A stretch of 64,000 nt of DNA from Eubacteriales bacterium (GTDB taxonomy: Bacteria > Bacillota > Clostridia > Oscillospirales > CAG-272), in assembly GCA_045656885.1 (NCBI GenBank), contig JAZORZ010000042.1, positions 6,973 through 70,972 of the forward strand. The letters run 5' to 3'. The notes below the pieces were generated by a model. The model worked only from the letters and a program-made list of their open reading frames with translations. It was not told the origin of the DNA and ran no database searches. Position numbers and translations under genes: made by a program. Positions within the stretch are counted from its first letter, which is position 1. The number at the start of each line of letters is the position of its first letter. Positions 11,044 to 20,841 of this stretch are shown piece after piece.

Positions 11044-14000
11044 ATGAGTAAAAATCTGCTTGAAATTTTTAACCGATATACGCCCGACGATGCATCTGCA
11101 AGAGCTCTGCTCTCGGCAGATGCTAACGGCATTTCTCTCAGAGCCGATAAAGAGCAGCGTATCATTGAGGTAACGGCGCCGTTTTCTCATGTTATTCCGC
11201 GCGTCACACTCTATCGCATTGAGGAGGAGATCCGCCGCGCGTATGATTTGAACAGTGTCCGCATTTGTCCCGTTTACAGTGCGGAGCTTTTTGACATTTC
11301 GCAGATTCCCGATCTTTTGATGGAGACCAACCGCCGCGGCATTGTAGCAAAGGGGTTTTTCGACCACGCAGAGTACTGCCTTTCGGGCAACGTGCTGGAT
11401 ATTGACATTCCCTTTGGCAATGCAGGCATTAATCTCATTGAGAGTGCCGAAACTCCCAAATTGATGGAAAAGCTTGTGCGCGATACCTATGGCGTTACCT
11501 TACAGGTCAAATTACATACTATCAAGGGCTTTGATCCTCTTGAATATAACAACTCGGTACAAAACCGCATTCAAGAAATGAGCCGCGATGCCGCACGCGC
11601 CGAGGCACAGTACCAAAAGGATGCGCTCCATACGCCCGACACAACTGCTCCCGACGGCGAAGAGGAAAAGGAGATGCTTCCGCGTGCTGCATCTATTTAC
11701 GGCGAGGTTCCGCTGCCCGAATACGGCGAGGGCACCTGCCGCATCGGCACCTCGGTTTTTGATATCAGCGAGCCAGAGTACGTTCGGGGCGAGCCCTTTG
11801 AGATTCGTCCTTTGCCCATCGGAGCTATCGATAAGCCGCAAAAGAATCTGACCATCATTGGTGAGGTCTTTGATATGGTACGCGAGGAAAGCCGCGGTGG
11901 CGACCGTTTTGACGTCAGTTTTGCAATCTTTGACGGCAATGCATCTATCGAGCACCGTTCGTATTCTCTTGATATCGACGAGGCAACCGAACTTTGCGAA
12001 ATGCTGCACAACGGTGATGCCGTTGCGATGCGCGGCTATGCGAAGCACGTGACCAGAAAAGGGAAGATCGACCCCGATTTTACCTTCTACTTTACCGATA
12101 TTGCAAAAATTTCCAAATTCAAGCGCAAGGATACGGCAGAAAAGAAGCGTGTAGAATTGCACTTGCATACAACCATGTCCACAATGGACGCACTCATTGC
12201 CCCCGATGCCGCCGTAAAAACGGCATTCAAGTGGGGTATGCCTGCCGTTGCCATCACCGACCACGGCAATGTACAAGCTTTCCCCGATGCGATGCTCACC
12301 CTCGAAAAAGCCGCAAAGGGAAGCGATTTCAAGGTTATTTACGGTATGGAGGCATACTTTGTCAACAACACCGCAGGCGCTATTGCGGGCAAGTATGATC
12401 CCAACCTGCACGCAGAGTGCGTGGTGTTTGATATTGAAACCACAGGTCTCTCGGTGCAAAATTGCAAGATCACCGAAATCGGTGCCGTAAAAATCAAAAA
12501 CGGCGAGGTTCTCGGCCGTTTCAACACCTTTGTTGATCCTGAAGTCCCGATCCCTGCAGATATTGTTGAACTGACGGGTATTACCGACGAAATGGTAAAG
12601 GGTGCACCCAAATATCCCGAAGCTCTCAAATCCTTTTTTGAGTTTATCGGCAATGATCCGAGCAAAGAGACACAGCCGCTCCTCATTGCACACAATGCAA
12701 ACTTTGATATCGGTTTTATCCGTCACTTTGCAAAGGAGGCGGACCTGCCCTTTGAAAACCCCTATCTTGACACCCTTGCACTTTCGCGTTACATCAACCC
12801 CGATCTCAACAAGCACACCCTCGATGCGATTGCAAACGCCTACAATCTCGGTGATTTTAACCACCACCGCGCTTGTGATGATGCCGAAATGCTCGCGCAT
12901 ATTTTCTTCCGTATGGTCGACATTATGGAGAAATCCGATCTGCGTGACTGGCGTATGCTACAGCAGGAAATGGCCGAAAAGACCGATCCGCTCAAGCTCA
13001 AGCCCTATCACCAAATCATTCTTGTTAAAAACAAGATCGGCTTGAAGAATCTGTATAAGCTCATTTCCATGAGCTATCTCGATTACTACCGCCGTTTTCC
13101 GCGTATTCCCAAAACCGTGTTGGAGAAACATCGTGAAGGACTTATCATCGGTTCTGCGTGCGAGGCAGGCGAGCTTTTCCGTGCGATCCTTGAAAACAGA
13201 CCCGAGAGTGAGATTGAAGAGATTGTTAATTTCTACGATTATCTCGAAATTCAGCCCATCTGCAACAACCGTTTTCTCATCGCCGAGGGTACGGTTGCCG
13301 ATGACGAGGGCTTGCGCAACCTTAACCGTCGCATCGTCGAGCTTGGCGAGCGTTACGGCAAGCCCGTTTGCGCGACGTGTGACGCGCACTTTCTCAACGA
13401 GGAGGACGAGCTCTATCGCAAGATCCTCTTGGCAGGCATGAAATTCAAGGATTTCGACCGCGACGTTGGCATTTATCTGCGCACCACTGACGAAATGCTT
13501 GAGGAATTCTCCTACCTTGGAGAAGAGAAGGCGTATGAGGTGGTTGTAACCAACACCAATCTCATTGCCGATATGATCGAGCGCGTGCGCCCCATTCCCG
13601 AGGGCAACTATACCCCCGAGATGGAGGGGGCAGAGCAGGAGTTGCAGGATATGTGCTGGGAGAGAGCCAAGAAAATGTATGGCGATCCCTTACCCGAACT
13701 CGTTTCCAAGCGTCTTGCACGTGAGCTTGACTCCATCGTTAAAAACGGATTCTCGGTACTGTACCTCATTGCACAGCGCCTTGTAAAGTATAGCGAGGAT
13801 CAAGGGTACCTCGTTGGCTCGCGTGGCTCGGTAGGTTCTTCCTTTGCTGCTACCATGGCAGGCATCTCCGAGGTAAACCCTCTGCCGCCGCACTATTATT
13901 GCCCTAATCCTGCATGTAAGCATAACGAGTTCTTCACCGATGGCTCCGTCGGCTCGGGCTTTGACCTGCCCGACAAAAATTGCCCCAAGTGCGGAACAAA

Positions 14001-15492
14001 ATATATGGCTGACGGTCACGACATTATGTTTGAGACCTTCCTTGGCTTCTATGGCGACAAATCTCCCGATATCGACCTCAATTTCTCGGGTGACGTACAA
14101 GGCCGCGTGCATAAATACACCGAGGAGCTCTTTGGTGAAGGTCACGTGTTCCGTGCGGGAACGCTCGGCACACTTGCCGATAAAACCGCATACGGCTACG
14201 TAGCAAAGTTTGTTGAAGAGAAGGGGATTAGCTTATCGCGTGCTGAAATGAACCGCTTGGTTCAAAACTGCGTAGGTGTTAAGCGCACCACAGGACAGCA
14301 CCCGGGTGGCATCATTGTTGTACCTTCGCAGTATGACGTTTATGACTTTACCCCCGTTCAGCACCCTGCCGATGACCCCAACTCGGATATCATCACAACG
14401 CACTTTGCGTTCTCTTACTTGCACGATACCATTCTTAAGCTCGATGAGCTTGGACACGATATTCCTACCAAGTATAAGTATCTCGAACGCTTTACCGACA
14501 CCTCGGTTCTCGATGTGCCGATGAACGACCGCTCGGCTTACGAGCTTTTCGAGTCCACTAAGCCGCTTGGCATCAGACCTGAGGATATTGAGGGCTGCAC
14601 CATCGGTACATACGGTCTGCCTGAATTGGGAACCCCCTTTATTCAACAGGTTCTCATCGATGCAAAACCGCGCAACTTTGCCGACCTTTTGCAGATCTCG
14701 GGTTTGACACACGGCACCAACGTGTGGCTTGGCAATGCGCAAGACCTCATTAAGGACGGCACCTGCGATATCTCCCGCGTTATTGGTACCCGTGACGGTA
14801 TTATGCTGGATATGATCCGTTACGGACTTGAGAACGCCACCGCGTTCAAGATTATGGAAGCAGTCCGTAAGGGCAAAGGGCTGACGCCCGAATGGGAAGA
14901 AGATATGCGCGCGCACAACGTTCCCGAGTGGTACATTGCATCTTGTAAGAAGATCAAGTATCTTTTCCCCAAGGCACACGCGGCGGCGTACGTTATGTCG
15001 GCAATCCGCTTGGCTTGGTATAAGGTGCATCAGCCCGTCGCATTCTATTGCACCATGTTTACGGTAGCTCCCAACGGTTTTGACGCCCAAGTGGTTATCA
15101 AGGGAAAGCAGAATGTCGTAGCGCACATGCGTGATATTCAAAAGCGTGGCAAAGAGGCATCGCAAAAGGAGCAGAGCAGCGTACCCGTGCTCCAACTCAT
15201 TGTTGAGGCAATGGCACGTGGTGTCAGATTCCTGCCCGTCGATTTGCAAAAGTCGCACGCATTTATCTTCCAACCCGAGGATGGTGGCATTCGTATGCCG
15301 TTCTCATCACTCCCGGGACTTGGAGAGAATGCAGCGCAAAACATCATCAAAGCCCGCGAGGAAGAACCCTTCTTCTCGGTAGAAGATCTGCAGATCCGCG
15401 CAAAAATCTCCAAAACTGTCATTGAAATGCTCCGCGCCAACGGCGTTCTCGATAACATCAACGAGACCGACCAAATGACGATGACTTTTTGA
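11044..15492 (+). CDS. polC: DNA polymerase III alpha subunit, PolC type
   Basis: 1482 aa. It has a PHP motif (ELHLHT), an inserted 3'-5' exonuclease domain (FDIETTGL, HNANFDIGF), a Zn finger (CPNPACKH..CPKCG) and the pol III core. Confidence 0.97.
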   Translation: MSKNLLEIFNRYTPDDASARALLSADANGISLRADKEQRIIEVTAPFSHVIPRVTLYRIEEEIRRAYDLNSVRICPVYSAELFDISQIPDLLMETNRRGIVAKGFFDHAEYCLSGNVLDIDIPFGNAGINLIESAETPKLMEKLVRDTYGVTLQVKLHTIKGFDPLEYNNSVQNRIQEMSRDAARAEAQYQKDALHTPDTTAPDGEEEKEMLPRAASIYGEVPLPEYGEGTCRIGTSVFDISEPEYVRGEPFEIRPLPIGAIDKPQKNLTIIGEVFDMVREESRGGDRFDVSFAIFDGNASIEHRSYSLDIDEATELCEMLHNGDAVAMRGYAKHVTRKGKIDPDFTFYFTDIAKISKFKRKDTAEKKRVELHLHTTMSTMDALIAPDAAVKTAFKWGMPAVAITDHGNVQAFPDAMLTLEKAAKGSDFKVIYGMEAYFVNNTAGAIAGKYDPNLHAECVVFDIETTGLSVQNCKITEIGAVKIKNGEVLGRFNTFVDPEVPIPADIVELTGITDEMVKGAPKYPEALKSFFEFIGNDPSKETQPLLIAHNANFDIGFIRHFAKEADLPFENPYLDTLALSRYINPDLNKHTLDAIANAYNLGDFNHHRACDDAEMLAHIFFRMVDIMEKSDLRDWRMLQQEMAEKTDPLKLKPYHQIILVKNKIGLKNLYKLISMSYLDYYRRFPRIPKTVLEKHREGLIIGSACEAGELFRAILENRPESEIEEIVNFYDYLEIQPICNNRFLIAEGTVADDEGLRNLNRRIVELGERYGKPVCATCDAHFLNEEDELYRKILLAGMKFKDFDRDVGIYLRTTDEMLEEFSYLGEEKAYEVVVTNTNLIADMIERVRPIPEGNYTPEMEGAEQELQDMCWERAKKMYGDPLPELVSKRLARELDSIVKNGFSVLYLIAQRLVKYSEDQGYLVGSRGSVGSSFAATMAGISEVNPLPPHYYCPNPACKHNEFFTDGSVGSGFDLPDKNCPKCGTKYMADGHDIMFETFLGFYGDKSPDIDLNFSGDVQGRVHKYTEELFGEGHVFRAGTLGTLADKTAYGYVAKFVEEKGISLSRAEMNRLVQNCVGVKRTTGQHPGGIIVVPSQYDVYDFTPVQHPADDPNSDIITTHFAFSYLHDTILKLDELGHDIPTKYKYLERFTDTSVLDVPMNDRSAYELFESTKPLGIRPEDIEGCTIGTYGLPELGTPFIQQVLIDAKPRNFADLLQISGLTHGTNVWLGNAQDLIKDGTCDISRVIGTRDGIMLDMIRYGLENATAFKIMEAVRKGKGLTPEWEEDMRAHNVPEWYIASCKKIKYLFPKAHAAAYVMSAIRLAWYKVHQPVAFYCTMFTVAPNGFDAQVVIKGKQNVVAHMRDIQKRGKEASQKEQSSVPVLQLIVEAMARGVRFLPVDLQKSHAFIFQPEDGGIRMPFSSLPGLGENAAQNIIKAREEEPFFSVEDLQIRAKISKTVIEMLRANGVLDNINETDQMTMTF

Positions 15493-15504
15493 TTTTCAAA
15501 TAAA

Positions 15505-15543
15505 GAAAAAGGACTGGCTCAATTGAGTCAGTCCTCATCTTTT
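15505..15543. terminator. Bidirectional terminator between polC and mecA
   Basis: Hairpin ggactggctc/gagtcagtcc flanked by an A-run on the left and a T-run on the right. Confidence 0.75.
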
Positions 15544-16158
15544 TTACGCTATTGCACCAAGCGTGCCAACAGCATCTCCGGCGCAAACAACTGTGCCGTG
15601 CTCGGCGAGGTAGAGGCGGAGCTGTGCAGCATTCTCTATGCTACCGTATTCCACAACAAAATAAAGTTCTTCGGGCGTTGCAAAGGGAGAGGCGGCAAAG
15701 GTGCTAATGAATAGGTAGTATCTCCCTGCATCGTCTCGGTACGCACTGCTGGCAGTTATGTAATCCATCGGCAACAGCCGTTGGCAAACGGCAAGCAATT
15801 CGCCAAGCTCCTCAAAGCGGTAGGCAAACGAGCGGCAAAAGCTCCCGCGCGTGCGCGTGACGGGCTGTATCTCTTGGGCTGGGGTGAGGGCACAGGTGCC
15901 TCTCTCACGTTCCCCCGAAAGATTGCTGATGAACATTTCGCATCCCCCCTCGCGGGAGGGGAAGTATTGCACCGAGATGCGATGGTCGTCGGCTTCAAAA
16001 CCGCTCTGCCGTCTTACTTCATCAAGAAGTAGACGGAACGAGCGGTGCATTTTCTCGCTGTCATCATAAAAGTTGTCGGTAGAAAGTTCAAATTGTCGCA
16101 TATCCATAGGAGTCAACATAATTTTTAGCTTGCTGTCACTGATGCGGATCAGTTCCAT
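15544..16158 (-). CDS. mecA: MecA-like adaptor protein (ClpC adaptor)
   Basis: 204 aa. The N-terminus MELIRISDSKLKIMLTPMDM and the C-terminal YYLFIS..VVEYG..YLAEHG pattern resemble the MecA N- and C-domains. Confidence 0.65.
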   Translation of the reverse strand: MELIRISDSKLKIMLTPMDMRQFELSTDNFYDDSEKMHRSFRLLLDEVRRQSGFEADDHRISVQYFPSREGGCEMFISNLSGERERGTCALTPAQEIQPVTRTRGSFCRSFAYRFEELGELLAVCQRLLPMDYITASSAYRDDAGRYYLFISTFAASPFATPEELYFVVEYGSIENAAQLRLYLAEHGTVVCAGDAVGTLGAIA

Positions 16159-16252
16159 GCAAAGTCCCTCCTTTCGTTAAGAAATCTTTTTCGTTACTAT
16201 CATTATAATCCCAAAAGTGCAAAAAGGGAACCCCTAAAAATATGGTAATTTG

Positions 16253-16281
16253 TTGACAGACGCCCCCGAATGTGATAAAAT
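16253..16281 (+). promoter_or_regulatory. Sigma-A promoter for nnr
   Basis: TTGACA - 17 bp - TAAAAT with an extended-10 TG. Confidence 0.65.
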
Positions 16282-16311
16282 ATATAAAAAGGAAGGAAAG
16301 GGGAGTGTGCT

Positions 16312-17814
16312 ATGCTGCCGATTGTTAGAGTAAAAACAATGCAAGAGAGCGACCAAGCCACCATTGCGAGCGGTACCTCGGGCCGCGAATTGATGCTGCG
16401 CGCCGCAAAAGGAATATTGGATAGCTATGTTTGGACGGGTAAAACCCTCATTGTCTGTGGCACTGGCAACAATGCAGGCGACGGCTATGCACTTGCCACG
16501 TTGATGCAAGAAGCCGATCTTTCGTGTGACCTGCTCCTTCTCTCTAACCGTTTTTCCGAGGACGGACAGTATTACTTTGATATTTGTCGGCAAAAGGGCA
16601 TCAACTACACCCTTTGGAGTGGTGCTTTCGATTTTTCTTCCTACTCGCAAATTGTCGATTGCATCTTCGGCATCGGTTTTCACGGCACGCCCGACGAGGA
16701 GACCGCCGCACTGATTGATGCCATCAACCAAAGCGGAAAGTCCGTTATCAGTGCCGACATCAACAGTGGTCTTGGTGGAGAGAACGGTCTTGGTGCGCCC
16801 TGTATTCAATCGGATTTGACAGTTGCCATTCAAAGCTACAAGCCCGGGCACTTTTTGGCACAAGCAAAAGATGTTATCCAAAACCAAACGTGCATTGATA
16901 TCGGAATCAAAACCCCCGATGAAGATATTTTCCTTTTGGAAGAAAGTGATGTTTCTAAACTTTTTAAGCCGCGCAAAAATTATACGCACAAGGGCAACTA
17001 CGGTTATGTTGCTCTCATGGGCGGATGTGTGGAATATTCGGGTGCTGCCAAGCTTGCCAACATGAGCGCGGCGGCTCTGCGCGCAGGATGCGGCGTTGTT
17101 ACCCTTGCCGTTCCCGAATCCATTGCAAATGCTGTCTCTCCGTATCTTCTTGAGAGCACACTTTTGCCCATGCCCTGTGATACAAGCGGCAAAATGATCT
17201 ATTCTCCCGAAATTCTCGACAGCATTCTTTCTCGTTATGCATCGGTTGCCGTTGGCATGGGGTGGGGAAGCTCAACCGAATATAAAGATATTTTGACTCA
17301 CCTTCTTCAAAATGCCCATCAGCCGCTCATCATTGATGCCGACGGACTGAATACGCTCTCAAAGATGGATTTGTCCTTGTTGAAAAATGCAAAAGCGCCC
17401 GTTATTTTGACGCCGCATCTCATGGAGTTCTCGCGCCTTTCGGGAAAGGCGATTGCCGAAATCGAAAGCGATCCCATCGAGCATGCCAAAGCATTTGCCA
17501 AGGAATACGGCGTAATCTTACTCCTCAAGGGTTGTTGCACCGTCATTACCGATGGCACAACTGTTTATCTTTCCAACCGCGGCAGTGCGGGAATGGCAAC
17601 CGCGGGGAGCGGTGACGTTCTTTCGGGGATTCTTGCAGGGGTGTGCGGATATCTGCCGCCCGATGCATTTACCGTTGCCGCGGGGGCATATCTTGCAGGT
17701 GTGGCAGGCGAATTGGCAGAGCAAAAGACAAATGCGGTTTCGATGATTGCATCTGACACCGCACGCGAGCTTGCAAATGCTATTCGCAGCTTATCCAATC
17801 CCAAAAATATCTAA
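16312..17814 (+). CDS. nnr: Bifunctional NAD(P)H-hydrate repair enzyme (epimerase/ADP-dependent dehydratase)
   Basis: The N-terminal YjeF_N domain has GTGNNAGDG. The C-terminal carbohydrate-kinase-like domain has GSGDVLSG. Confidence 0.9.
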   Translation: MLPIVRVKTMQESDQATIASGTSGRELMLRAAKGILDSYVWTGKTLIVCGTGNNAGDGYALATLMQEADLSCDLLLLSNRFSEDGQYYFDICRQKGINYTLWSGAFDFSSYSQIVDCIFGIGFHGTPDEETAALIDAINQSGKSVISADINSGLGGENGLGAPCIQSDLTVAIQSYKPGHFLAQAKDVIQNQTCIDIGIKTPDEDIFLLEESDVSKLFKPRKNYTHKGNYGYVALMGGCVEYSGAAKLANMSAAALRAGCGVVTLAVPESIANAVSPYLLESTLLPMPCDTSGKMIYSPEILDSILSRYASVAVGMGWGSSTEYKDILTHLLQNAHQPLIIDADGLNTLSKMDLSLLKNAKAPVILTPHLMEFSRLSGKAIAEIESDPIEHAKAFAKEYGVILLLKGCCTVITDGTTVYLSNRGSAGMATAGSGDVLSGILAGVCGYLPPDAFTVAAGAYLAGVAGELAEQKTNAVSMIASDTARELANAIRSLSNPKNI

Positions 17815-17842
17815 AAAAATGAGATAAAAATCAAAAAAACTA

Positions 17843-17871
17843 TTGCAATTTCAAAAGAATTATGCTATAAT
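17843..17871 (+). promoter_or_regulatory. Sigma-A promoter for secG
   Basis: TTGCAA - 17 bp - TATAAT with an extended TG. Confidence 0.7.
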
Positions 17872-17935
17872 ATGAAAAGTGATTATAAAGCCACGTTAAA
17901 AGTGGGCTTGAAATGTTTTTTGGAGGTATAAAATT

Positions 17936-18169
17936 ATGGAACTCGCTTTGGGTATTGCACTCATCGTTTTGTCCGTAGCGCTTACGCTTATGGTTCTTTT
18001 CCAATCCGCAAAGGATAGCCGCCTCTCCGGTACGATTGCCGGTGGTGCTGAGACCTTCTTTGGCAAAACAAAGGGTACTTCTATCGATAAGTTGCTCTCT
18101 AAGCTGACTATCGTTGTTTCTGTAGTAGTTGTTCTCGTTTCCCTTGCTTTGGTTATCGTTACCAACTAA
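17936..18169 (+). CDS. secG: Preprotein translocase subunit SecG
   Basis: 77 aa with two TM helices and the central motif GGAETFFGK. A GGAGG RBS is present. Confidence 0.85.
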   Translation: MELALGIALIVLSVALTLMVLFQSAKDSRLSGTIAGGAETFFGKTKGTSIDKLLSKLTIVVSVVVVLVSLALVIVTN

Positions 18170-18190
18170 TTCAAACAGAAAAACAAAAAA

Positions 18191-18215
18191 GCCGCAGTTG
18201 CGGCTTTTTTGTTTT
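18191..18215 (+). terminator. Terminator after secG
   Basis: Stem gccgc/gcggc followed by TTTTTT. Confidence 0.75.
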
Positions 18216-18221
18216 ATACTT

Positions 18222-18258
18222 TTCAAAAAAACAGGTCTTGGCGTTTGCCAAGACCTGT
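18222..18258 (-). terminator. Terminator after DUF1508 gene
   Basis: 11-bp stem acaggtcttgg/ccaagacctgt with a U-run on the minus strand. Confidence 0.8.
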
Positions 18259-18266
18259 TTATGTAA

Positions 18267-19421
18267 TTATTTCTCCTCAAGCTCAATAGAAGCAGAAACG
18301 ATAAATTTCTTTACCGATTCGATGATCTTTTCACATTGGGGCTTGTTGTCGTAGGATTCACCAATGAACGCGGGGGCAGAGCCGATGTTCTTCAGAACGT
18401 AACGGAAGTTACCGAACTTGTCGCGGTCAACAAAGAAGTTGCCAACGTATGCGGCACGCTTAAAGGATTCGATACCCTTGCGGCAAGCTGCCTCGGTAGC
18501 ATACAGACGGCTGGAGTAGAGGATCTGACCGTTGTTGGCAAGCAGATAGAAAGCATATTGATCGCTTTCCTTGCAAATTTCAAACTTACCCATTTTGGCT
18601 GCCTTTGCTTCTGCAGCTTCAATTGCCTTCCAGTCAATATCGTCAGGAGATTTCTTAGAAACCTTTGCGGCCTCAAAAGCGGCAAGTGCCTCGGTAGTGG
18701 GAGTATAGCGAATGATACGCGCGTTGTTTGCAAAGTTCTTTACAGATTCTGCACACTTCTGGCACTGATCCTTGGTGGTGTAGTTTTCGCCGTAGTACTT
18801 GCGAGCGAGCACAAAGCGATAACGGTCGTATTTATCGGCGCGAATAGCGAAGTCGCCTTCCGCAACCGTCTTTTTGAAGGTTTCAATACCCTTAAGAGCG
18901 CCTACCAAAGTGGTAAAGCTGGGGCTATCGAACAGAACCTGACCGTTGTTAGCAACAAGGTAGAAGTGGAAACCGTCAACCTCAAGCTCGAACTCATATT
19001 TACCAACTGCCTTTGCGCCGTTTTTTGCAATTTGAGCGTCAGCTTCTGCAATTGCCTGATCAAAAGCCAAGCGAACATCCTCCTCAGTCTTCATAAAGAA
19101 GGGGCGGGGAACAACGGTAACGCCTGCGGGGATCTTAGATGCGGGAACGGGCTTCTTTGCAACGGCGGGAGCAGCTTTTGCAGGTGCTTTGGCAGCAGCG
19201 GGCTTAGTAGCGGGCGCTTTTGCAGCGGCGGGCTTAGCTGCAACCTTGGTAGCCGAAGGCGCTGCCTTTGCGGCAGGTGCTTTTTCAGCGGGCTTGGTTT
19301 CAGCTTTTGCAGCGGGAACCTTTACGTTGTGAATAGAGGGGCCCTTTTTTTCTTCTGCAGCGGGGGCTTTAACCGCTTCTTTTTTTGCTTCTTCGGTTTT
19401 TTTCTTATTGAACAATGCCAT
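18267..19421 (-). CDS. A/K/P-rich N-terminal tail fused to four DUF1508 (YegP-like) repeats
   Basis: The start was set at the ATG at 19421 behind GGAGG (MALFNKKK...). Residues 11-96 are KPAA/AKAP low complexity. Two internally duplicated units follow (GKYEFELEVDGFHFYLVANNGQVLF... and GKFEICKESDQYAFYLLANNGQILY...), each carrying two YegP-type repeats. Confidence 0.75.
   Translation of the reverse strand: MALFNKKKTEEAKKEAVKAPAAEEKKGPSIHNVKVPAAKAETKPAEKAPAAKAAPSATKVAAKPAAAKAPATKPAAAKAPAKAAPAVAKKPVPASKIPAGVTVVPRPFFMKTEEDVRLAFDQAIAEADAQIAKNGAKAVGKYEFELEVDGFHFYLVANNGQVLFDSPSFTTLVGALKGIETFKKTVAEGDFAIRADKYDRYRFVLARKYYGENYTTKDQCQKCAESVKNFANNARIIRYTPTTEALAAFEAAKVSKKSPDDIDWKAIEAAEAKAAKMGKFEICKESDQYAFYLLANNGQILYSSRLYATEAACRKGIESFKRAAYVGNFFVDRDKFGNFRYVLKNIGSAPAFIGESYDNKPQCEKIIESVKKFIVSASIELEEK
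19134..19391 (-). repeat. Degenerate in-frame tandem repeats encoding (K/A)PAAAKAPA tracts
   Basis: Repeated gcagc(g)gcgggcttag-type units are visible on the plus strand. They translate to AAKPAAAKAPATKPAAAKAPAKAAPAVAKKP. Confidence 0.7.
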
Positions 19422-19458
19422 AACAGACCTCCACAATAATATAAAATATTCTATGTTA

Positions 19459-19487
19459 ATTGTATCACAGTTTTTTTGCGTTGTCAA
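19459..19487 (-). promoter_or_regulatory. Sigma-A promoter for DUF1508 gene
   Basis: On the minus strand, TTGACA - 17 bp - TACAAT with an extended TG. Confidence 0.7.
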
Positions 19488-19548
19488 CCAATTTTGCCTT
19501 TTTTTATAAAATTATAAAAAAACTTTTTCAAAATCTTTCTGAAATGTC

Positions 19549-19577
19549 TTGCAACAAAGCGTTTTTTATGGTACAAT
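19549..19577 (+). promoter_or_regulatory. Sigma-A promoter for carboxypeptidase gene
   Basis: TTGCAA - 17 bp - TACAAT with an extended TG. Confidence 0.65.
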
Positions 19578-19613
19578 TTTATCAGAGACAAAACCACGAA
19601 GGGAGCACGATCA

Positions 19614-20756
19614 GTGAACAGAACCGCACCCACCACCCCCAAAAAAGCAAAGCGTATCGACGGCGAAGCGCTGATGGCAATTTTTTTGCTGGCTCTCACC
19701 GTTTTTTTGATATTTACCGTTAGCATATTGATTGTTCGCGCCTGCTCAACCAAGCAGGAACAACCTTCAGGCGGCGGTGTAACCACACCTCCGCAGAGCC
19801 AGATAACACCGCCTGTTCAAAATCAAAGCGGAGCTATCTTTTCGGGTGGAACTGTTATTCCGCCTGCCACAGAGGATGCTGATACCAAAAACATTACAGA
19901 TGAGATTGACGCCTTTTATGCTGTTCTTATCGATTTGGAGACCGGCAAGATCGTAGCACAAAAGAACTCCGAGCTTATCTTCTCGCCTGCATCTATGACA
20001 AAGGTGATGACACTTATCGTCGCTTGCGAGAACTTGACAAACGAAGATTTGAACCGTCAAATCCCTCTTTCCTATGACGTTGTGGAATACGTTACGCGCG
20101 GTGACTACTTTGGCACCGAGCTGGCATTGCCGCAGGAGTCGGGAGGAATGACTTGCATCGGTGATACCTACACCGTCAGGGATATGCTTTACGGCATCGG
20201 TGTCTCCTCGGCTGCGGATTGTACCTACATGATCGTCAAAGAGGTCGCAGGAACCGAAGAAGCGTTTGTGAATATGATGAATGCCAAAGCGCGTGAGCTT
20301 GGACTGTACGATACCGAGTTTGATAATGCCGTTGGCTTTGACAGTGCAACAAACGTGACTACCGCACGCGATATGGCGCAGATCATGGCATACGCAATGC
20401 AATGCGAGCTGATTGTTGACATTCTCAAACCGCGCACAACTGACTACATCATAACCGCTCACTGGGAAAAGGACGGTGTTCCTGCCACATATAACGTCAG
20501 CTTAAAGCCCTCGTTCAAGAGCCGAATCGATAAGTATTCCGAATTCTCGCTCACGGGTGTTGATCTTGAGGCATGCAAAACAGGGTACACCAGCGAATCT
20601 TTTATTGTAGCTGCTGCCAGATCCGATGACGAAAAGAGAGGGCGCTACATATTGGTGCTCGGAGACCGCGATAATGGTGCTCAGGAAAGCATTACAGTAA
20701 AATTTAAGCGAACAATGATGGATATGGAAACCATCTTTAACACATTTGTTCCGTAA
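19614..20756 (+). CDS. D-alanyl-D-alanine carboxypeptidase (peptidase S11, DacB-like), membrane anchored
   Basis: GTG start behind GAAGGGAG. It has an N-terminal TM helix and the SxxK active site (PASMTKVMT). Confidence 0.82.
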   Translation: MNRTAPTTPKKAKRIDGEALMAIFLLALTVFLIFTVSILIVRACSTKQEQPSGGGVTTPPQSQITPPVQNQSGAIFSGGTVIPPATEDADTKNITDEIDAFYAVLIDLETGKIVAQKNSELIFSPASMTKVMTLIVACENLTNEDLNRQIPLSYDVVEYVTRGDYFGTELALPQESGGMTCIGDTYTVRDMLYGIGVSSAADCTYMIVKEVAGTEEAFVNMMNAKARELGLYDTEFDNAVGFDSATNVTTARDMAQIMAYAMQCELIVDILKPRTTDYIITAHWEKDGVPATYNVSLKPSFKSRIDKYSEFSLTGVDLEACKTGYTSESFIVAAARSDDEKRGRYILVLGDRDNGAQESITVKFKRTMMDMETIFNTFVP

Positions 20757-20761
20757 AACCG

Positions 20762-20795
20762 AATGCCCGTGCCGCTTGGCGCGGGCATTTTGTTT
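20762..20795 (+). terminator. Terminator after carboxypeptidase gene
   Basis: Stem atgcccg..gcc/ggc..cgggcat followed by TTTTGTTT. Confidence 0.75.
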
Positions 20796-20841
20796 CTCTT
20801 TGCATATACTGTTTGTAGATTATGTAAGGAGGCGTTAAGAT

